NCBI GenBank assembly: GCA_963697745.1
Contig: CAVOPD010000018.1
Coordinates: forward strand, 229,515-261,514
Reading direction: 5' to 3'
DNA: 32,000 nucleotides
Source of the DNA: an uncultured Acidobacteriota bacterium
GTDB lineage: Bacteria > Acidobacteriota > Vicinamibacteria > Vicinamibacterales > CAVVIG01
Of this stretch, positions 1 to 9,054 are shown one piece after another (position 1 is the first letter of the stretch; each line of letters starts with the position of its first letter). Position numbers and translations under genes: made by a program. The notes under the pieces were generated by a model that saw nothing but the letters and a program-made list of their open reading frames with translations, did not search any database and had not been told where the DNA came from.

Positions 1-212
1 GCATCCTGGGGATTCAGGGTCTCGAGGACGAGATCGTCTTCTGGGCCGAGACCGAGAATCCCGAGACCCTGATGATCACCGAGAAGATCACCATGAAGCT
101 GGCCGACGGGGAAGCGAAGATGCGCTTCGCCGACAGCTGGGTGCTGCGGGACGGCAAGATTGCCATTCATTTCGCCGGCATGGTGCAGCATCCCGACGGG
201 TCGCTCGCCTAG
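1..212 (+). CDS. 3' end of a SnoaL/NTF2-like small protein (5'-truncated by window edge)
   Basis: Open frame from nt 3 to TAG 210-212: ...DEIVFWAETENPETLMITEKITMKLADGEAKMRFADSWVLRDGKIAIHFAGMVQHPDGSLA*. The C-terminal pattern (DxW..RDGKIAIHF.G) parallels the C-terminus of the intact SnoaL-like ORF at 3240-3620 (GDAWNMRNGQIAIHYGF). It is absent from the ORF track because it has no start in the window. Confidence 0.45.
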   Translation, partial: ILGIQGLEDEIVFWAETENPETLMITEKITMKLADGEAKMRFADSWVLRDGKIAIHFAGMVQHPDGSLA

Positions 213-234
213 GTCCGCATTTCAGGGGCACAAC

Positions 235-822
235 ATGGCAGACAAGAAGAAGATCGGCATCCTGATCGAAGGCGACTTCTACGAGAAGGAAATTTTCTAT
301 TACGAGCACCGGTTTGCCGAGGAGGGATACGAAGTGCACTGGCTCACCCGCCTCTGGGGTCAGCCGGCACTGACCTTCTCCGGCCATGAGTACAAGGTGC
401 CATTCGAGGTACGCGAGACCTTCGAGAACATGTCCGACGAGGAGCTGCGCAGCTACGATGCGATCATCGTGCCCTCGGCCTTCGTATCGGATCGTCTCCG
501 CTACACGGAAGACATGAACAAGCTTCCGCCGGCGACCGTGTTCGTGAATCGCGCGTTCGCGGAGCCGACGATCCTGAAGGGGATCATCTGTCACGGGATG
601 TGGCTGATCTCCTCGACCCCGCAACTCGTGAAGGGGCGTCCGGTGGTAGGGCACGTGAACCTCATCGGCGACATCCGCAACATGGGGGCGATCTACACGG
701 ACAAGGACGTCGTCGTGGACGGCGACCTCGTTACCGCGCGCACCGGCGGCCACTGCCATCTGTTCGCGCGCAAGATCATCGACATGCTGTCCGCGGGATT
801 CCCGGCGGCGGCGAGCGTCTGA
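235..822 (+). CDS. DJ-1/PfpI family (type 1 glutamine amidotransferase-like) protein
   Basis: ATG at 235 inside the 160..822 ORF gives MADKKKIGILIEGDFYEKEI.... Family-typical layout with the nucleophile-elbow Cys in GIICHGMW, then VVVDGDLVTARTGGH. Intact frame, 22 nt after the upstream stop. Confidence 0.85.
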   Translation: MADKKKIGILIEGDFYEKEIFYYEHRFAEEGYEVHWLTRLWGQPALTFSGHEYKVPFEVRETFENMSDEELRSYDAIIVPSAFVSDRLRYTEDMNKLPPATVFVNRAFAEPTILKGIICHGMWLISSTPQLVKGRPVVGHVNLIGDIRNMGAIYTDKDVVVDGDLVTARTGGHCHLFARKIIDMLSAGFPAAASV

Positions 823-837
823 CAGCTGGGGGAGTGA

Positions 838-1258
838 ATGGCCAGTCTCGCGTTTCACCACATCGCGATTTCGTGCGGCGATCTCAAGACCACGGAAGCG
901 TTCTACACGAAGCACTTCGGCTTCACGCGCGCGCGGGCCATCCCGCTCGGCGGCGCAAATGAGATCGTCTTCCTGAAGAACGGGCAGGCCTACCTCGAGC
1001 TGTTCCAGGCCGAGGGCGAGCGTCCATCGCCAGCAGTGTCGGCCGACGGCCCTCATTATCCGGGCTGGAGGCACATCGCCTTCAGAGTCGACGACGTGGA
1101 TGCGACGCTGGCGGCGATGGGGCAGCGAGGCCAGGCTGACGCTCGGTCCCCTGGGTTTTGACGCGTTCATTCCCGGATGGCGTACGGCATGGATCGCCGA
1201 TCCCGACGGGAACATCGTCGAGATCAGTCAGGGGTTCGTCGACCAGGAGACCGCGTGA
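838..1258 (+). pseudogene. VOC/glyoxalase-bleomycin-resistance family protein, one frameshift as assembled
   Basis: ATG 838 gives MASLAFHHIAISCGDLKTTEAFYTKHFGF...WRHIAFRVDDVDATLAAMG (ORF 838..1161). The family-typical C-terminus LTLGPLGFDAFIPGWRTAWIADPDGNIVEISQGFVDQETA* continues in a different frame to TGA 1256-1258. There is a single frame change near 1125-1145. Confidence 0.7.
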
Positions 1259-3025
1259 GCACACTGACCAACGTGATTCGCGCAACGGTGTGCGCGACCG
1301 CGACGCTGCTGCTCATCCCGGTCGCGTCAGCGCAGGCCGGCGACGGCACCGACCCGGTGACCGGCACGCTGACGACATCAGCCAGCGCTGCGGCCGGCAC
1401 CACGATCCGGATACCGCCAGCGCCACGAACACGGATACCACGAACACGGATACCGGCAGCGCCGCGAAGGCCGAGACGGCCGACGTGGCGAAAGCGGAGA
1501 CGGCCGGCGCGCGAGTGCGGCGGCCAGCGGCCGGCCGCAGGGCGACCGTCGCAGGCGCCGGCCACGCCGCCGAGCAGCTGGCCTCCGCAGCAGTACAACG
1601 ATCGCCGCTTCGAAGAGAACTGGACGCCGCCGGATTGGTCGGACCCGCACAAGGGATCGCGCGACGTCTTCGACAGCATCAAGGTGCTCAAGCTGAACGA
1701 CTCCGGCTCCGTGTGGGTCGGCTTCGGCGGTCAGGCTCGCGGACGACTGGCGCGTCAGAGCACCGTCACGTTTGGCGGCCCCGGCGATTTCGAGCCGACG
1801 ATGTGGACGTGGCGCTTTCGCGGGTATGGCGACATTCACTTCGGCAAGCACTTCCGCGCCTACACCGAAGGCATCTACTCGCACACGTCGATCAACGAGA
1901 ATCGTCTGGGCACCTTCAACGGTGCGCCGAACCTGAATGGCGACGTGCTCAACGCCTTCGGCGAGTTCAAGGGGAATCCCGGGAAGGGACTCGAGGTCGG
2001 TTTGTGGGGTGGCCGCCGTGAACTCCTGTTCGGACACGAACGGATGGTCTCGCCTGGCAACTGGCTGCTGAACCGTCACACCTACGACGGCGGTGGCGGG
2101 TGGATCGGCAGCGGCGAGAAGCGGCTTGAAGGGTTCGTCGTGCGCCCGCGCATTCCGGTGCCCGACTTCTGGAGCGACAAGGACGACGAGACGACGTTCT
2201 GGGGCGTGGAATACAACACCACCGGCACTCGCACGCCCGAACTGATCTTCGGGGACATCAAGGTGCACGGCCGTCCCCAGAAGTTCACGTTCCAGCCGTA
2301 CGTGCTCGGGATTCACCGCAAGGACGTGACCTTCGTGCAGGCGACCGCCGACGAGGAGCGCTACACGTTCGGCGCCCTGGCGTTTGGCGATCTGGGCGGC
2401 ACCGGCTTCGACTTCGAGGTCGAGAACATGTACCAGTACGGCAAGTACGACACGCACTACGAGAAGGGCAACATCCACGCGTTCTCGTCGACGACCGAGC
2501 TCGGATACCGTTTCATGAAAGCGCCGTACTTCCCGCGGGTGCTCGCCACCTTCGATTACGCGAGCGGTGACGGCGACCAGAACGACGCGAAGCTCGGCAC
2601 GTTCGATCCGCTGTATCCCCTGGCGTACGTGTTCTTCGGGTTCCACGCGGCGTTCGAGCGCAAGAACCTGATGGTCCCTGGCGCGCACCTCGAAGCGGTG
2701 CTTCACAAGAACACCTACTTCCGCGCGAACTACCTGCCGGGGCTGTTCCGCGCCCAGACCGAAGACGGTGTCTACAACTCGTTCGGGGACATCACGCGGC
2801 GTCCCGAGCCGCAGTCGAAGGGCGGGACACACGGTCGACCTGCAGACGGCGTCGCGCACCATCGGCCACCAGCTGGATTTCGGCGTCGCCTGGCTGCCGA
2901 CGCACCACCTCCTGTTCTACGGGACCTACCTGCGATTCTGGCCGGGGCAGTTCTACCACGACACGCAGACCGCGCCGGTTGACCCGATGAACGGCGTCAT
3001 GGTGCTCACGCAGTTCAATTTCTGA
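1255..3025 (+). pseudogene. alginate-export-like outer-membrane beta-barrel porin, frameshifted near its 3' end as assembled
   Basis: GTG 1255 overlaps the VOC stop (GCGTGA). Signal peptide VSTLTNVIRATVCATATLLLIPVASAQA. Beta-rich body with WVGFGGQARGRL and ELLFGHERMVSPGNWLLNRHTYDGG, which resembles the alginate_exp-type G.qRL....W.N..RtfDG pattern from memory. The frame of ORF 1177..2982 switches near 2805-2830 to the frame of ORF 2768..3025, ending ...VMVLTQFNF* with the terminal Phe typical of OM barrels. The frame of the linker at 1390-1600 is also ambiguous. Confidence 0.6.
1402..1454. repeat. short tandem repeat inside the porin N-terminal linker
   Basis: acgaacacggatacc occurs twice in exact tandem (1425-1439, 1440-1454), with a diverged copy acgatccggatacc at 1402-1415. 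A second nearby duplication is gccgagacggccgac / gcggagacggccggc. Confidence 0.6.
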
Positions 3026-3173
3026 GAACGAGTTGTCGCGAAGCGTCCGGCACAGACGCGAAGGTCGGAGGCCGGGAACGGTCACGGGTCGCAACCGGCC
3101 TCCTACCGCGACGTTCCAGACTTCCCGCCCGACCCTCCAGACCCTCCCGACATTCCGCATCCACCAACAACAA

Positions 3174-3205
3174 AAGGCCGGCACCCGGTGAGGGATGCCG
3201 GCCTT
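3174..3205 (-). terminator. intrinsic terminator hairpin between convergent genes
   Basis: aaGGCCGGCAcccggtgagggaTGCCGGCCtt: perfect 8-bp GC stem (10 bp counting the flanking AA/TT). On the minus strand it is followed by TTTTGTTGTTGG, downstream of the minus-strand gene ending at 3240. On the plus strand there is no T tract. Confidence 0.6.
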
Positions 3206-3239
3206 CGTCGGCTGGTTGCGCCCGCCGCGTGACTGAGCG

Positions 3240-3620
3240 TCAGCCGAGCTTGTGGCAGAAGCCGTAGTGGATGGCGATCTGGCCGTTCCGCATGTTCCAC
3301 GCGTCGCCCACGACCCAGCGGCCGGTGTTCGACGTGAAGATCGCCTGGAACGTGATCGAATTGTCCGTTTCGGCGAAGTCGTAGAGCGACTCGATGTTGA
3401 TCGAGCCCTGCGCCGCTATGTAGATGTGAAAGAACTTCTTCAGTTCCTCGCGCCCGCGCAGGATGTGTGCAGGCGGCTTTCCCGGGATGATGTCCCACGG
3501 CGAGATGTGCAGGCAGTCTTCCGTGTACTGCGTGTCGATCATCTCGTCGAGCTTGCCGGCACCGATGAGCGCCATGTGATCGTCGAAGAACTTCCGGCCC
3601 GGTGTGATGGTAGTGGCCAC
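3240..3620 (-). CDS. SnoaL-like / NTF2-fold small protein
   Basis: GTG at 3618-3620 preceded by GGAGGAGCAC. 126 aa: VATTITPGRKFFDDHMALIGAGKLDEMIDTQYTEDC...FTSNTGRWVVGDAWNMRNGQIAIHYGFCHKLG*. It forms the 3' part of the composite 921-aa ORF 3240..6005. Intact. Confidence 0.7.
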   Translation of the reverse strand: MATTITPGRKFFDDHMALIGAGKLDEMIDTQYTEDCLHISPWDIIPGKPPAHILRGREELKKFFHIYIAAQGSINIESLYDFAETDNSITFQAIFTSNTGRWVVGDAWNMRNGQIAIHYGFCHKLG

Positions 3621-3694
3621 GTGCTCCTCCTGTCGCGAATGGGTGGATGGGCGGCGGGAACGCCCCGTCGCCCGTGCTGTAAGCGTCTGAGTGG

Positions 3695-4547
3695 TTATCC
3701 CGCGATTGATTTCACCGCGCGCAGCACGGCCCGTGCAGTCAGCACGCGAACGAGATGGGTGCGGTAGACCGTGGACCCGAACAGGTCCGAGCGTACCGTC
3801 TGTCCCTCGGCCGCACCGGCCGCCGCCGCCTTCACCGACGCGTCCGACGGCTTCTTGCCCTGGAGCGCCTGCTCCACGCGACGCCAGGCGCACTCCTCGT
3901 CCGGTGGCGCCGACCAGGCCGATCCGGACCGCGCCGATCGAGCCGCTGGCGTCCAGCGTCACGGACGCCGCCACACCGACCAGTGGCGACAGCGTTGCCG
4001 GGTGGCGCTGCGTTTCGTACACCACCGTGCTCTTCGCTACGGGCGGCGGCAGGATGACCGCGGTAATCACCTCCGCGCGTTCGAGGCCGGCGGCCAGAAG
4101 ATCCTCGACCGCGACGTTTCGCGAACCCGCCGCGCCGGTGATCTCGACCGAGGCGCCGAGCGCAATGAGCAGCGCGGCGAGGTCGGTGTCGCCCGAGGTC
4201 GAACCGGCGAGGCTGCCGCCGATCGTGGCGCGATTTCTCGTCTGCGCATCGCCCGTCAACAGGACCGCTGCGGCCAGCGCCGGATAGCTCTTGCGCACGG
4301 CGTCGCTGGCGGCAAGCGCCCGCAGCGTCGTCATCGCGCCGATCTTCAAGCCGCCTCCGGCGGGTTCGATGGACGACAGCCCGGGAACCTTCCTGAGATC
4401 GACCAGCATCGACGAGGCGATCCTGGCGCGGGACGGCCCGACCAGCAGGCCGCTTCCGCCCGCGAGGACGCGTGCGGAGGGGTTCGCCGTAAGCAGCGCG
4501 ACGGCGTCGGAGAGACTGAGCGGAGCGGCGTATCCAGCAGATGTCAT
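3695..4547 (-). pseudogene. FAD-binding medium subunit (CoxM/XdhB-like) of a molybdenum hydroxylase, one frameshift as assembled
   Basis: ATG 4547: MTSAGYAAPLSLSDAVALLTANPSARVLAGGSGLLV...IGGSLAG...VILPPP. The C-terminus continues in ORF 3695..3877 (..EQALQGKKPSDASVKAAAAGAAEGQTVRSDLFGSTVYRTHLVRVLTARAVLRAVKSIAG*). The frame changes near 3878-3900. The start lies 2 nt after the large-subunit stop. Confidence 0.8.
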
Positions 4548-4549
4548 GG

Positions 4550-6937
4550 CTACCTCTGCATCACCTGCCAGATTTTCTCTGGCGTGACGGGAATGTCGAT
4601 GTGCTGCACGCCGATGTCCGACAGTGCGTCGCAGATGGCGTTCACGATGGCCGGCGCGACGGCCGGCTGACAGACGTCGCCGGCGCCCTTGGCGCCCATG
4701 CCGTTGATCGGCGTCGGCGTCACCGTGCGTTCGAGATCGGAAGTGCGGGCAGTCGCTCGCGCGCGGACCGCATAGGTGCGTCAGGTCGCGCGTCAGCAGG
4801 TTGCCGTCGTCGTCGTAGACGACCTGTTCCATCAGCGCTGGCCCGAAGCCGAACGCGACGCTGCCGTGCATCTGTCCTTCGACGATGCGCGAGTTGCCGA
4901 CGATTGCCGACGTCGTCCACGCACGACGTATTCGACGACGTCGACTTCGCCGGTCTCGTTCGTCGATTTCGACGAGTCGCCACGTGCGAGCCGAAGGGAA
5001 AGTTGAAATCGGACGGGTTGAAGTACTCCGTCGCCTCGAGACCCGGCTCGACACCGGGCGGCAGATCCCACGCGAACCAGAGCCAGGAGGCGATGTCCTG
5101 CAGCGATCTTGCTCTGCGCCGGATCCTTCTTGAGCGACACCTTGCCGTCCTCGAAGACCACGTCGTCTTCCGAGGCCTTCAGCATGTAGGCGCCGACCTT
5201 CAGCGCCTTGGCCTTGATCACCTGCGCGGCCTGATAGATGACGGCGCCCTCGACGCTGAACGTGCGGCTGCCGTAGCTGCCCTGTCCGAAGGGCACGCCG
5301 TCGCGTGTCGGAGTGCCGGATCTCGACGCGATCCACCCGACGCCGAGTTCCTGCGCGATGATCTGCGAGAAGGTCGTCGGTCTGCCCCTGGCCGTGCGGC
5401 TGGCTGCCGGTACGACCGTGACGTCGCCCGTCTGGTGGACGCGCACGCACCGCGCTGGCCCACGTGCTGCCGATCAGGCCTTCGCGACCCATGCGCGGCG
5501 AGGGACCGACGCCGGCGATCGCACATGTAGGAGCCGATGCCCAGGCCGAGGCGCTTGCCGCGCGGCCGCGCGCTTCCTTCTTCATGTCGGCCAGCTTGTC
5601 GTACCGGCCATTTCCAGCGCGCGATCGAGCGCCGGCACGTAGTTGCCGGTGTCGTAGGTCCAGCCCGAGCCCGTTCTCGTACGGGAACTGCTCCGGGCGG
5701 ACCATGTTCTTGCGGCGCACGTCGGCGGGCGACATGCCAATCTCCCGCGCGAACGCCTCGAGCAGGCGCTCGATGAGGAGCATCGCTTCCATGCGGCCGG
5801 CGCCGCGGGCCGGTCCGAGCGACACCGTGTTGGCGAAGGCGAGGTTAGCCTCGTAGAACGGATGCGGAATCGCGTACGCGCCGGTGACGCTGCGGCCGGT
5901 CAGCACGAGCGGCGCGCCGGGACCGTTGCTCGCGGAGTAGGCGCCGAGGTCGACGTTGTTGGTGCACCGACAGCGCGGTGATCGTGCCGTCCTTCTTGCC
6001 CGCAAGCGTCGCGTGCTGCTGCTGTCCGCGGCTGTGGACCGTCGTGACCGACAGCCCTTCGCGCGTGTCCACCCACTTGACCGGCCGTCCGACTTCCTTC
6101 GCGAGGAAGAGCATCAGCGGCGCGTCCTGATACAGGTAGCCCTTCGAGCCGTAGGCGCCGCCGATCGCCGGCACGATGACCCGCAGCTTGTTGTAGGGGA
6201 TGCCCATGACCAGGTTGCAGATCATGAAGCGGTTGCCGTGCGGGAATCTGGGTGTTCGTGTAGAGCGTGTACTCGCCGGTGCGCCCGTCGTACTTGCGCC
6301 ATCGTGGCGCGCGTCTCGAGCGGCTGATGGAGCTGGCGCGGGATCGTGATGTCGAGCTGGACCTTGACGTCGGCGCTCGTCGATCGCCTTCTGCGGTCGC
6401 GGCCTTGTCGCCGTACGTCCACGTGCGCGCACAGGTTGCCGGGCACCGTCTCGTGCAGCTGCGGCGCGCCGGGTTCAGCGCGTCCTCGGCGCGCGCCACC
6501 GACGGCAGCGCTTCGTAGTCGACTTTGATTGCCGGCAGCGCCGCGTACGCCTGGTCGCGCGTCTCGGCGACGACCGCGGCCACCCACTCGCCGACGTAGC
6601 GGACCTTGTCGGTGGCCAGCTGCCGTCTGCGATCCGGGCAGCCCGTACGGGTGTGGCGCGAAGTGGCTCTCGACACCGGCCGGCTTCCAGATGCAGACCA
6701 TCGGCACATCATCTTGCCCGCGAGGTCCGCACCGGTGAAGACGCGGACCACGCCCGGCATCTTCGGCCGCGGCGGAGGTGTCGATGCTCTTGATGCGTGC
6801 GTGCGGATGGGGCTGTGCAGGATGGCGACGTACGTCGTCCCCGGCAGGGTGATGTCGGCGGTGAACTTCGATTCGCCGCGAAGGAACTCGGGGTCTTCGC
6901 GACGCTGGATGCGGATGCCCAGGATTCGATTCGCCAT
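4550..6937 (-). pseudogene. molybdopterin-binding large subunit (xanthine dehydrogenase / CoxL family), heavily frameshifted as assembled
   Basis: ATG 6937 with GGAGGA upstream: MANRILGIRIQRREDPEFLRGESKFTADITLPGTTYVAILHSP.... Recognisable family segments are scattered over all three minus frames. Examples: HARIKSIDTSAAAE; MPGVVRVFTGADLAGK; LATDKVRYVGEWVAAVVAETRDQAYAALPAIKVDYEALP; IPRQLHQPLETRATMA; GEYTLYTNTQIP; HGNRFMICNLVMGIPYNKLRVIVPAIGGAYGSKG...GRPVKWVDTREG; LGPARGAGRMEAMLLIERLLEAFAREIGMSPADVRRKN; GSQPHGQGQT; FSQIIAQELGV; GQGSYGSRTFSVEGAVIYQAA; VEIDE/TGEVDVVEYVV; IVEGQMHGSVAFGFGPALMEQVVYDDDGNLLT. The last frame ends PEKIWQVMQR* with TAG at 4550-4552. I trace at least 15 frame changes. Confidence 0.85.
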
Positions 6938-6965
6938 GGTGATCGTCGTCCTCCGTGAAAGCGCG

Positions 6966-7461
6966 TTAAATGAGGGTCTGGACGGCGCGGACGACGTTCT
7001 GGTAGACGCCGCAGCGGCAGATGATGCCGTCCATCGACTGGCGGATCTCGTGCTCGCTCGGCTTCGGCGTTGGGCTGAGCAGATCGGTCAGCGACAGGAC
7101 CATCGCCGGCGTGCAGAACCCGCACTGGACGCCGTGCACGTTCCACAGCGCCGTCTGCAGCGGCGTGAGCGATCCGTTGGTCGCGAGCGCCTTCGATGGT
7201 CGTGACTTGCGCGCCGTCGGCCTGCGCCGCGAGCACCGTGCAGCCCTTGACCGACACGCCGTCGAGCGAGGATCGTGCAGGCGCCGCACTGGCCCGTTCT
7301 CGCAGCCGACCTTGGTCCCCGTCAGCCCGAGCGTCGTCACGCAGGAAGTTGACGAGCAGGCGGTGCGCCGGCACCGTGGCCTGGTGAACCTGACCGTTGA
7401 CCGTGATGGACACGGGAACGGCTTCAGCATCTGTGGCGGTGATATTCAGTGTCCCGATCAT
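6966..7461 (-). pseudogene. [2Fe-2S]-binding small subunit (CoxS/XdhC-type) of the same hydroxylase, about 4 frameshifts as assembled
   Basis: ATG 7461. The protein is reconstructed by hopping between minus-strand frames in the order first, second, third, first, second. Segments: MIGTLNITATDAEAVPVSITVNGQVHQATVPAHRLLVNFLRDD; LGLTGTKVGCENG; QCGACTIL; LDGVSVKGCTVLAAQADGAQVTTIEG; LATNGSLTPLQTALWNVHGVQCGFCTPAMVLSLTDLL...DGIICRCGVYQNVVRAVQTLI* (TAA 6966-6968). Both Cys clusters of the family are visible. Confidence 0.85.
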
Positions 7462-7470
7462 TGAATCCGC

Positions 7471-8667
7471 CTAGTTGCTGCGGAACTGGAGGATCCAGCT
7501 CCGGATTTCCGAGATCGTGAAGAGGCGCAGTTCGTCCCAGGTCTCCTCGGGCACCAGGTCCGGCGTGGGACGAGGCCCCGGCTCGATTCGTTGCCGATGT
7601 AGACGCGGTCGCCGCTCACGATGATGCCGGAGGGCTGAAAGCAGCCCTTCCGGTGCGCCGCCGCGCGACATCCCTTCGAAGGTGCCGATCTTTGCGACGA
7701 TCATGACCGCTCCGATCGATGGCGACCACGCGATCGTTCTGACCCGAAGCGACCCAGAGGATGCCGTTGTCGTCGAAGTCGATGTTGTCCGGACCGTTCA
7801 TGCCCTGGCCGCGGGCGAACACCTCGAGGAAGCCGGGTTGGCAGGCCGCCCGGGCAATTGCTGAGCAGCATGCGGTAGATCGTGTCCGAACTCATGTTCG
7901 CCATGTACAGCGCCCGGCCGTCGAGCGAGAACGCGACACCGTTGACGCCGAATTCCGGGAACCCGCCGATCTGCACGTCCAGTTCGCGGCGCGTGTCGCG
8001 GTCGAACCATACGCCTGACGCGCCGGTGCGTGGGTCGAACACAAAGATGCGGCCGTTCCGGAACTTGTCGGAGAAGACGAAGCTCGGACCCGCGCCGTTG
8101 TCAGAGATGTAGACGCGACCGTCGGGACCGATGTCGTTGGCGTTGAGCGCGCAGAACGACTCCGGCGGCGCGCCGATTCCGAAGGCGGCGAGGAACCCGC
8201 CACAGATGTCGTAGACCACCGGCTGGCTGGTCGGCAGTCAGCGGCAGGTCGTACCGCATCATGTCGCCGTTCAGCACGTCGTTGACGAACAGGTATTGCT
8301 TGTCTGGACACCGGCGGCTTGGGTTGTGGCAGGACGTGACCATCCCGAGCGGCGCGCGGCCACTGGGTATCCGCACGCGTGACCTTCAGACGCCCGGCTG
8401 GGTCGCAGACGTAGATGAAGTTGCTGTCGAAATTCGTCTCGAACGTCGCGGCGTAGACGTTCCCGTCGACGTCCGCGGTCAGCCCTTCAGGATGACCGAT
8501 GGCGAGAATCTCGCCGGGATTATTCGGATCGGGACCGGACGCTGCCGGCAGAATCGCGAACGTGCGGACGTCGCCGTCCTGGTCCGTCGCCTGCGCGTGA
8601 ACTGCGGGGGCAGCAGCAGACCGAGGACAACGGTCGCGAACAGGACTGTCGAAGTCGATTTCCACAT
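7471..8667 (-). pseudogene. secreted SMP-30/gluconolactonase/LRE-like (six-bladed propeller) protein, multiple frameshifts as assembled
   Basis: ATG 8667: MWKSTSTVLFATVVLGLLLPP (signal peptide). Propeller-type segments then appear in alternating minus frames: AILPAASGPDPNNPGEILAIGHPEGLTADVDGNVYAATFETNFDSNFIYVCDPAGRL; PLGMVTSCHN...LFVNDVLNGDMMRYDL; VVYDICGGFLAAFGIGAPPESFCALNANDIGPDGRVYISDNGAGPSFVFSD...GVNGVAFSLDGRALYMANMSSDTIYRM; FARGQGMNGPDNIDFDDNGILWVASGQNDRVVAID. It ends at 7471, 9 nt before the small-subunit start. Confidence 0.55.
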
Positions 8668-9054
8668 GATCGGGGTTCTCTGCGCCTCGGGTGTCGCACG
8701 GCCAGTCTGGACGCGCATCGTGCGGCGCGCCTTCACGTGTATCGGTCGATTGTCCGCGCACCGTGCTGATTGGCGAGCGGTCAGGACCGCATCGGCGGGT
8801 GTGACCATTGACCTCTTGAGGGACGACGGATTCGAGCAGCCATTTCTATCACAGAACCGCCCGTCCTCCCCGCGGCGTCGGTGGCTCACAACGCACCAGA
8901 CAATTGTGGCGGCCGCGTCGGTGACGCTGCTCGCGTCCGATAACGTACGACCTGTCGCGGGCTCGTCAGCGCCCGAAACGGTTGCGATCTCCGCTTGACG
9001 CAACCGCCCGTCCGGCATAGAGTGACCGCACATTTTCTCCACGAAGGAGCCCTC

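Noticed and set aside
1177-1254. ATG 1177 or 1186 as the porin start
   Set aside because: Either would overlap the VOC C-terminal coding segment by ~80 nt and add a highly basic non-signal N-terminus. GTG 1255, overlapping the VOC stop, gives a clean signal peptide.
88-2862. Long antisense ORFs (88..1215 -, 1378..2862 -). The same kind occurs elsewhere: 12106..13197 -, 15360..16682 -, 20070..21269 +, 21282..22739 +, 25702..26529 -, 26728..27486 -, 28421..29206 -, 29259..30041 -, 30336..30896 -, 31371..31985 -
   Set aside because: These are typical high-GC shadow ORFs opposite well-supported genes. Their translations are Arg/Ala/Pro/Gly-rich with no recognisable motifs. Each overlaps a gene with clear family signatures on the other strand.
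3240-6005. 921-aa ORF on the minus strand that looks like one giant gene
   Set aside because: It is a composite. Its 3' end is the SnoaL-like gene (own GTG and RBS at 3620). Its middle is most of the FAD-subunit gene (ATG 4547). Its 5' part strings together out-of-frame and in-frame pieces of the Mo large subunit. Much of the translation between recognisable blocks is Arg/Ala/Gly-rich nonsense.
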